Shown here: positions 1 through 9,306 of the stretch, in pieces
Numbering within the stretch: the stretch's first letter is position 1
Layout of the letters: every line of letters starts with the position of its first letter
Translations under genes and position numbers: made by a program
Notes under the pieces: generated by a model
The model's database searches: none
Told to the model about the DNA's origin: nothing
What the model saw: the letters and a program-made list of their open reading frames with translations, nothing else
Assembly: GCF_037042905.1 (NCBI RefSeq)
Contig: NC_087251.1
Location: 49,718,940-49,738,939, forward strand
Reading direction: 5' to 3'
DNA: 20,000 bases
Origin: Lytechinus pictus
Taxonomy: Eukaryota

Positions 1-169
1 AATTTGGACCAGTCGCGGGTAGGGCGAAAAATAAAAACTCATCGGATCTGCTTTATCTTCTAAATATTGATGCCTTTGGATGTTAGAAGATCCCACAGAG
101 CGGAGACGGCTGAATTGGGGGGGGTCTCGGGGGCAATTTTGAAGAAATCAATTTGGTCATATTTTGGAA
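1..169 (+). repeat. Representative monomer (m1; differs from consensus only by G62A)
   Basis: Read directly from the sequence. It contains 7 CpGs, two GATC sites (GGATCT 44-49, AGATCC 88-93), one SspI site AATATT (63-68), one BsaI site GGTCTC (123-128), a G8 run (117-124) and a G5 run (129-133). Confidence 0.97.
13..29 (-). other. CENP-B-box-like 17-mer (TTTCGCCCTACCCGCGA), one per monomer; function unproven
   Basis: The reverse complement of 13-29 matches the CENP-B box core NTTCGNNNNANNCGGGN at 8 of 9 defined positions (CGCG instead of CGGG), with correct spacing. Confidence 0.35.
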
Positions 170-338
170 AATTTGGACCAGTCGCGGGTAGGGCGAAAAA
201 TAAAAACTCATCGGATCTGCTTTATCTTCTGAATATTGATGCCTATGGATGTTAGAAGATCCCACAGAGCGGAGACGGCTGAATTGGGGGGGGTCTCGGG
301 GGCAATTTTGAAGAAATCAATTTGGTCATATTTTGGAA

Positions 339-1015
339 AATTTGGACCAGTCGCGGGTAGGGCGAAAAATAAAAACTCATCGGATCTGCTTTATCTTCTT
401 AATATTGATGCCTATGGATGTTAGAAGATCCCACAGAGCGGAGACGGCTGAATTGGGGGGGGTCTCGGGGGCAATTTTGAAGAAATCAATTTGGTCATAT
501 TTTGGAAAATTTGGACCAGTCGCGGGTAGGGCGAAAAATAAAAACTCATCGGATCTGCTTTATCTTCTTAATATTGATGCCTATGGATGTTAGAAGATCC
601 CACAGAGCGGAGACGGCTGAATTGGGGGTGGTCTCGGGGGCAATTTTGAAGAAATCAATTTGGTCATATTTTGGAAAATTTGGACCAGTCGCGGGTAGGG
701 CGAAAAATAAAAACTCATCGGATCTGCTTTATCTTCTTAATATTGATGCCTTTGGATGTTAGAAGATCCCACAGAGCGGAGACGGCTGAATTGGGGGGGG
801 TCTCGGGGGCAATTTTGAAGAAATCAATTTGGTCATATTTTGGAAAATTTGGACCAGTCGCGGGTAGGGCGAAAAATAAAAACTCATCGGATCTGCTTTA
901 TCTTCTTAATATTGATGCCTTTGGATGTTAGAAGATCCCACAGAGCGGAGACGGCTGAATTGGGGGGGGGTCTCTGGGGCAATTTTGAAGAAATCAATTT
1001 GGTCATATTTTGGAA
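339..1015 (+). repeat. Sub-array of G62T (TCTTCTTAAT) variant monomers m3-m6; T75A (CCTATGG) in m2-m4
   Basis: CTTCTTAAT is present in four consecutive copies. CCTATGG is present in three consecutive copies, near 244, 413 and 582. Confidence 0.88.
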
Positions 1016-1352
1016 AATTTGGACCAGTCGCGGGTAGGGCGAAAAATAAAAACTCATCGGATCTGCTTTAACTTCTGAATATTGATGCCTTTGGATGTTA
1101 GAAGATCCCACAGAGCGGAGACGGCTGAATTGGGGGGGGTCTCGGGGGCAATTTTGAAGAAATCAATTTGGTCATATTTTGGAAAATTTGGACCAGTCGC
1201 GGGTAGGGCGAAAAATAAAAACTCATCGGATCTGCTTTATCTTCTGAATATTGATGCCTTTGGATGTTAGAAGATCCCACAGAGCGGAGACGGCTGAATT
1301 GGGGGGGTCTCGGGGGCAATTTTGAAGAAATAAATTTGGTCATATTTTGGAA

Positions 1353-2705
1353 AATTTGGACCAGTCGCGGGTAGGGCGAAAAATAAAAACTCATCGGATC
1401 TGCTTTATCTTGATAATATTGATGCCTTTGGATGTTAGAAGATCCCACAGAGCGGAGACGGCTGAATTGGGGGGGGTCTCGGGGGCAATTTTGAAGAAAT
1501 CAATTTGGTCATATTTTGGAAAATTTGGACCAGTCGCGGGTAGGGCGAAAAATAAAAACTCATCGGATCTGCTTTATCTTGATAATATTGATGCCTTTGG
1601 ATGTTAGAAGATCCCACAGAGCGGAGACGGCTGAATTGGGGGGGGTCTCGGGGGCAATTTTGAAGAAATCAATTTGGTCATATTTTGGAAAATTTGGACC
1701 AGTCGCGGGTAGGGCGAAAAATAAAAACTCATCGGATCTGCTTTATCTTGATAATATTGATGCCTTTGGATGTTAGAAGATCCCACAGAGCGGAGACGGC
1801 TGAATTGGGGGGGGTCTCGGGGGCAATTTTGAAGAAATCAATTTGGTCATATTTTGGAAAATTTGGACCAGTCGCGGGTAGGGCGAAAAATAAAAACTCA
1901 TCGGATCTGCTTTATCTTGATAATATTGATGCCTTTGGATGTTAGAAGATCCCACAGAGCGGAGACGGCTGAATTGGGGGGGGTCTCGGGGGCAATTTTG
2001 AAGAAATCAATTTGGTCATATTTTGGAAAATTTGGACCAGTCGCGGGTAGGGCGAAAAATAAAAACTCATCGGATCTGCTTTATCTTGATAATATTGATG
2101 CCTTTGGATGTTAGAAGATCCCACAGAGCGGAGACGGCTGAATTGGGGGGGGTCTCGGGGGCAATTTTGAAGAAATCAATTTGGTCATATTTTGGAAAAT
2201 TTGGACCAGTCGCGGGTAGGGCGAAAAATAAAAACTCATCGGATCTGCTTTATCTTGATAATATTGATGCCTTTGGATGTTAGAAGATCCCACAGAGCGG
2301 AGACGGCTGAATTGGGGGGGGTCTCGGGGGCAATTTTGAAGAAATCAATTTGGTCATATTTTGGAAAATTTGGACCAGTCGCGGGTAGGGCGAAAAATAA
2401 AAACTCATCGGATCTGCTTTATCTTGATAATATTGATGCCTTTGGATGTTAGAAGATCCCACAGAGCGGAGACGGCTGAATTGGGGGGGGTCTCGGGGGC
2501 AATTTTGAAGAAATCAATTTGGTCATATTTTGGAAAATTTGGACCAGTCGCGGGTAGGGCGAAAAATAAAAACTCATCGGATCTGCTTTATCTTGATAAT
2601 ATTGATGCCTTTGGATGTTAGAAGATCCCACAGAGCGGAGACGGCTGAATTGGGGGGGGGTCTCGGGGGCAATTTTGAAGAAATCAATTTGGTCATATTT
2701 TGGAA
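1353..2705 (+). repeat. Homogeneous sub-array of 8 variant monomers (m9-m16) carrying TCTTGATAAT instead of TCTTCTGAAT
   Basis: CTG>GAT at monomer positions 60-62 occurs in eight consecutive copies (first at 1412-1414) and nowhere else in the window. m9-m15 look identical and m16 has G9. It shows in the ORF track as ...LLYLDNID... Confidence 0.93.
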
Positions 2706-5700
2706 AATTTGGACCAGTCACGGGTAGGGCGAAAAATAAAAACTCATCGGATCTGCTTTATCTTCTGAATATTGATGCCTTTGGATGTTAGAAGATCCCA
2801 CAGAGCGGAGACGGCTGAATTGGTAGGGGTCTCGGGGGCAATTTTGAAGAAATCAATTTGGTCATATTTTGGAAAATTTGGACCAGTCGCGGGTAGGGCG
2901 AAAAATAAAAACTCATCGGATCTGCTTTATCTTCTGAATATTGATGCCTTTGGATGTTAGAAGATCCCACAGAGCGGAGACGGCTGAATTGGGGGGGGTC
3001 TCGGGGGCAATTTTGAAGAAATCAATTTGGTCATATTTTGGAAAATTTGGACCAGTCGCGGGTAGGGCGAAAAATAAAAACTCATCGGATCTGCTTTATC
3101 TTCTGAATATTGATGCCTTTGGATGTTAGAAGATCCCACAGAGCGGAGACGGCTGAATTGGGGGGGGTCTCGGGGGCAATTTTGAAGAAATCAATTTGGT
3201 CATATTTTGGAAAATTTGGACCAGTCGCGGGTAGAGCGAAAAATAAAAACTCATCGGATCTGCTTTATCTTCTGAATATTGATGCCTTTGGATGTTAGAA
3301 GATCCCACAGAGCGGAGACGGCTGAATTGGGGGGGGTCTCGGGGGCAATTTTGAAGAAATCAATTCGGTCATATTTTGGAAAATTTGGACCAGTCGCGGG
3401 TAGGGCGAAAAATAAAAACTCATCGGATCTGCTTTATCTTCTGAATATTGATGCCTTTGGATGTTAGAAGATCCCACAGAGCGGAGACGGCTGAATTGGG
3501 GGGGTCTCGGGGGCAATTTTGAAGAAATCAATTTGGTCATATTTTGGAAAATTTGGACCCAGTCGCGGGTAGGGCGAAAAATAAAAACTCATCGGATCTG
3601 CTTTATCTTCTGAATATTGATGCCTTTGGATGTTAGAAGATCCCACAGAGCGGAGACGGCTGAATTGGGGGGGTCTCGGGGGCAATTTTGAAGAAATCAA
3701 TTTGGTCATATTTTGGAAAATTTGGACCAGTCGCGGGTAGGGCGAAAAATAAAAACTCATCGGATCTGCTTTATCTTCTGAATATTGATGCCTTTGGATG
3801 TAAGAAGATCCCACAGAGCGGAGACGGCTGAATTGGGGTGGGTCTCGGGGGCAATTTTGAAGAAATCAATTTGGTCATATTTTGGAAAATTTGGACCAGT
3901 CGCGGGTAGGGCGAAAAATAAAAACTCATCGGATCTGCTTTATCTTCTGAATATTGATGCCTTTGGATGTTAGAAGATCCCACAGAGCGGAGACGGCTGA
4001 ATTGGGGGGGGTCTCGGGGGCAATTTTGAAGAAATCAATTTGGTCATATTTTGGAAAATTTGGACCAGTCGCGGGTAGGGCGAAAAATAAAAACTCATCG
4101 GATCTGCTTTATCTTCTGAATATTGATGCCTTTGGATGTTAGAAGATCCCACAGAGCGGAGACGGCTGAATTGGGGGGGGTCTCGGGGGCAATTTTGAAG
4201 AAATCAATTTGGTCATATTTTGGAAAATTTGGACCAGTCGCGGGTAGGGCGAAAAATAAAAACTCATCGGATCTGCTTTATCTTCTGAATATTGATGCCT
4301 TTGGATGTTAGAAGATCCCACAGAGCGGAGACGGCTGAATTGGGGGGGGGTCTCGGGGGCAATTTTGAAGAAATCAATTTGGTCATATTTTGGAAAATTT
4401 GGACCAGTCGCGGGTAGGGCGAAAAATAAAAACTCATCGGATCTGCTTTATCTTCTGAATATTGATGCCTTTGGATGTTAGAAGATCCCACAGAGCGGAG
4501 ACGGCTGAATTGGGGGGGGTCTCTGGGGCAATTTTGAAGAAATCAATTTGGTCATATTTTGGAAAATTTGGACCAGTCGCGGGTAGGGCGAAAAATAAAA
4601 ACTCATCGGATCTGCTTTATCTTCTGAATATTGATGCCTTTGGATGTTAGAAGATCCCACAGAGCGGAGACGGCTGAATTGGGGGGGTCTCGGGGGCAAT
4701 TTTGAAGAAATCAATTTGGTCATATTTTGGAAAATTTGGACCAGTCGCGGGTAGGGCGAAAAATAAAAACTCATCGGATCTGCTTTATCTTCTGAATATT
4801 GATGCCTTTGGATGTTAGAAGATCCCACAGAGCGGAGACGGCTGAATTGGGGGGGGTCTCGGGGGCAATTTTGAAGAAATCAATTTGGTCATATTTTGGA
4901 AAATTTGGACCAGTCGCGGGTAGGGCGAAAAATAAAAACTCATCGGATCTGCTTTATCTTCTGAATATTGATGCCTTTGGATGTTAGAAGATCCCACAGA
5001 GCGGAGACGGCTGAATTGGGGGGGGTCTCGGGGGCAATTTTGAAGAAATCAATTTGGTCATATTTTGGAAAATTTGGACCAGTCGCGGGTAGGGCGAAAA
5101 ATAAAAACTCATCGGATCTGCTTTATCTTCTGAATATTGATGCCTTTGGATGTTAGAAGATCCCACAGAGCGGAGACGGCTGAATTGGGGGGGGGGGTCT
5201 CGGGGGCAATTTTGAAGAAATCAATTTGGTCATATTTTGGAAAATTTGGACCAGTCGCGGGTAGGGCGAAAAATAAAAACTCATCGGATCTGCTTTATCT
5301 TCTGAATATTGATGCCTTTGGATGTTAGAAGATCCCACAGAGCGGAGACGGCTGAATTGGGGGGGGTCTCGGGGGCAATTTTGAAGAAATCAATTTGGTC
5401 ATATTTTGGAAAATTTGGACCAGTCGCGGGTAGGGCGAAAAATAAAAACTCATCGGATCTGCTTTATCTTCTGAATATTGATGCCTTTGGATGTTAGAAG
5501 ATCCCACAGAGCGGAGACGGCTGAATTGGGGGGGGTCTCGGGGGCAATTTTGAAGAAATCAATTTGGTCATATTTTGGAAAATTTGGACCAGTCGCGGGT
5601 AGGGCGAAAAATAAAAAACTCATCGGATCTGCTTTATCTTCTGAATATTGATGCCTTTGGATGTTAGAAGATCCCACAGAGCGGAGACGGCTGAATTGGG

Positions 5701-6597
5701 GGGGGGTCTCGGGGGCAATTTTGAAGAAATCAATTTGGTCATATTTTGGAAAATTTGGACCAGTCGCGGGTAGGGCGAAAAATAAAAACTCATCGGATCT
5801 GCTTTATCTTCTGAATATTGATGCCTTTGGATGTTAGAAGATCCCACAGAGCGGAGACGGCTGAATTGGGGGGGGTCTCGGGGGCAATTTTGAAGAAATC
5901 AATTTGGTCATATTTTGGAAAATTTGGACCAGTCGCGGGTAGGGCGAAAAATAAAAACTCATCGGATCTGCTTTATCTTCTGAATATTGATGCCTTTGGA
6001 TGTTAGAAGATCCCACAGAGCGGAGACGGCTGAATTGGGGGGGGGTCTCGGGGGCAATTTTGAAGAAATCAATTTGGTCATATTTTGGAAAATTTGGACC
6101 AGTCGCGGGTAGGGCGAAAAATAAAAACTCATCGGATCTGCTTTATCTTCTGAATATTGATGCCTTTGGATGTTAGAAGATCCCACAGAGCGGAGACGGC
6201 TGAATTGGGGCGGGGTCTCGGGGGCAATTTTGAAGAAATCAATTTGGTCATATTTTGGAAAATTTGGACCAGTCGCGGGTAGGGCGAAAAATAAAAACTC
6301 ATCGGATCTGCTTTATCTTCTGAATATTGATGCCTTTGGATGTTAGAAGATCCCACAGAGCGGAGACGGCTGAATTGGGGGGGGGTCTCGGGGGCAATTT
6401 TGAAGAAATCAATTTGGTCATATTTTGGAAAATTTGGACCAGTCGCGGGTAGGGCGAAAAATAAAAACTCATCGGATCTGCTTTATCTTCTGAATATTGA
6501 TGCCTTTGGATGTTAGAAGATCCCACAGAGCAAGACGGCTGAATTGGGGGGGTCTCGGGGGCAATTTTGAAGAAATCAATTTGGTCATATTTTGGAA

Positions 6598-7444
6598 AAT
6601 TTGGACCAGTCGCGGGTAGGGCGAAAAATAAAAACTCATCGGATCTGCTTTATCTTCTTAATATTGATGCCTTTGGATGTTAGAAGATCCCACAGAGCGG
6701 AGACGGCTGAATTGGGGGGGGTCTCGGGGGCAATTTTGAAGAAATCAATTTGGTCATATTTTGGAAAATTTGGACCAGTCGCGGGTAGGGCGAAAAATAA
6801 AAACTCATCGGATCTGCTTTTTATCTTCTTAATATTGATGCCTTTGGATGTTAGAAGATCCCACAGAGCGGAGACGGCTGAATTGGGGGGGGTCTCGGGG
6901 GCAATTTTGAAGAAATCAATTTGGTCATATTTTGGAAAATTTGGACCAGTCGCGGGTAGGGCGAAAAATAAAAACTCATCGGATCTGCTTTATCTTCTTA
7001 ATATTGATGCCTTTGGATGTTAGAAGATCCCACAGAGCGGAGACGGCTGAATTGGGGGGGGTCTCGGGGGCAATTTTGAAGAAATCAATTTGGTCATATT
7101 TTGGAAAATTTGGACCAGTCGCGGGTAGGGCGAAAAATAAAAACTCATCGGATCTGCTTTATCTTCTTAATATTGATGCCTTTGGATGTTAGAAGATCCC
7201 ACAGAGCGGAGACGGCTGAATTGGGGGGGGTCTCGGGGGCAATTTTGAAGAAATCAATTTGGTCATATTTTGGAAAATTTGGACCAGTCGCGGGTAGGGC
7301 GAAAAATAAAAACTCATCGGATCTGCTTTATCTTCTTAATATTGATGCCTTTGGATGTTAGAAGATCCCACAGAGCGGAGACGGCTGAATTGGGGGGGGT
7401 CTCGGGGGCAATTTTGAAGAAATCAATTTGGTCATATTTTGGAA
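6598..7444 (+). repeat. Second sub-array of G62T (TCTTCTTAAT) variant monomers m40-m44
   Basis: CTTCTTAAT is present in five consecutive copies, and the flanking copies have CTTCTGAAT. Confidence 0.9.
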
Positions 7445-9306
7445 AATTTGGACCAGTCGCGGGTAGGGCGAAAAATAAAAACTCATCGGATCTGCTTTAT
7501 CTTCTGAATATTGATGCCTTTGGATGTTAGAAGATCCCACAGAGCGGAGACGGCTGAATTGGGGGGGGTCTCGGGGGCAATTTTGAAGAAATCAATTTGG
7601 TCATATTTTGGAAAATTTGGACCAGTCGCGGGTAGGGCGAAAAATAAAAACTCATCGGATCTGCTTTATCTTCTGAATATTGATGCCTTTGGATGTTAGA
7701 AGATCCCACAGAGCGGAGACGGCTGAATTGGGGGGGGTCTCAGGGGCAATTTTGAAGAAATCAATTTGGTCATATTTTGGAAAATTTGGACCAGTCGCGG
7801 GTAGGGCGAAAAATAAAAACTCATCGGATCTGCTTTATCTTCTGAATATTGATGCCTTTGGATGTTAGAAGATCCCACAGAGCGGAGACGGCTGAATTGG
7901 GGGGGGTCTCGGGGGCAATTTTGAAGAAATCAATTTGGTCATATTTTGGAAAATTTGGACCAGTCGCGGGTAGGGCGAAAAATAAAAACTCATCGGATCT
8001 GCTTTATCTTCTGAATATTGATGCCTTTGGATGTTAGAAGATCCCACAGAGCGGAGACGGCTGAATTGGGGGGGGTCTCGGGGGCAATTTTGAAGAAATC
8101 AATTTGGTCATATTTTGGAAAATTTGGACCAGTCGCGGGTAGGGCGAAAAATAAAAACTCATCGGATCTGCTTTATCTTCTGAATATTGATGCCTTTGGA
8201 TGTTAGAAGATCCCACAGAGCGGAGACGGCTGAATTGGGGGGGGTCTCGGGGGCAATTTTGAAGAAATCAATTTGGTCATATTTTGGAAAATTTGGACCA
8301 GTCGCGGGTAGGGCGAAAAATAAAAACTCATCGGATCTGCTTTATCTTCTGAATATTGATGCCTTTGGATGTTAGAAGATCCCACAGAGCAGAGACGGCT
8401 GAATTGGGGGGGGGTCTCGGGGGCAATTTTGAAAAAATCAATTTGGTCATATTTTGGAAAATTTGGACCAGTCGCGGGTAGGGCGAAAAATAAAAACTCA
8501 TCGGATCTGCTTTATCTTCTGAATATTGATGCCTTTGGATGTTAGAAGATCCCACAGAGCGGAGACGGCTGAATTGGGGGGGGTCTCAGGGGCAATTTTG
8601 AAGAAATCAATTTGGTCATATTTTGGAAAATTTGGACCAGTCGCGGGTAGGGCGAAAAATAAAAACTCATCGGATCTGCTTTATCTTCTGAACATTGATG
8701 CCTTTGGATGTTAGAAGATCCCACAGAGCAGAGACGGCTGAATTGGGGGGGGGTCTCGGGGGCAATTTTGAAGAAATCAATTTGGTCATATTTTGGAAAA
8801 TTTGGACCAGTCGCGGGTAGGGCGAAAAATAAAAACTCATCGGATCTGCTTTATCTTCTGAATATTGATGCCTTTGGATGTTAGAAGATCCCACAGAGCG
8901 GAGACGGCTGAATTGGGGGGGGGTCTCGGGGGCAATTTTGAAGAAATCAATTTGGTCATATTTTGGAAAATTTGGACCAGTCGCGGGTAGGGCGAAAAAT
9001 AAAAACTCATCGGATCTGCTTTATCTTCTGAATATTGATGCCTTTGGATGTTAGAAGATCCCACAGAGCGGAGACGGCTGAATTGGGGGGGGTCTCGGGG
9101 GCAATTTTGAAGAAATCAATTTGGTCATATTTTGGAAAATTTGGACCAGTCGCGGGTAGGGCGAAAAATAAAAACTCATCGGATCTGCTTTATCTTCTGA
9201 ATATTGATGCCTTTGGATGTTAGAAGATCCCACAGAGCGGAGACGGCTGAATTGGGGGGGGTCTCGGGGGCAATTTTGAAGAAATCAATTTGGTCATATT
9301 TTGGAA

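Noticed and set aside
17..24. GGGTAGGG as a telomere-like repeat
   Set aside because: It is a single degenerate occurrence per monomer, not a tandem telomeric tract.
103..128. BsmBI (GAGACG) and BsaI (GGTCTC) sites suggesting a synthetic Golden Gate construct
   Set aside because: Six-base sites arise easily by chance and here are the arms of a natural dyad. There is no vector, marker or designed junction, and the variant pattern looks evolutionary.
1..169. Tandem 5S rRNA, tRNA, snRNA or spliced-leader gene array
   Set aside because: I see no recognisable 5S sequence, tRNA cloverleaf or snRNA/SL motif set in the monomer. An Infernal/Rfam search would be the definitive test and was not run.
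1..169. Assignment to primate alpha satellite, plant CEN178/CentO/CentC, or bivalve ~160-170 bp Helitron-associated satellites
   Set aside because: Only the length and short AT-rich words such as TTTGGAAA and AATTTGG are similar. I cannot support homology without a database search.
7614..8968. Possible short higher-order unit among m46-m53 (G129A in m46/m51; G102A plus G9 in m50/m52)
   Set aside because: There are too few markers, the offsets are inconsistent (5 vs 2), and both changes are CpG transitions that can recur independently.
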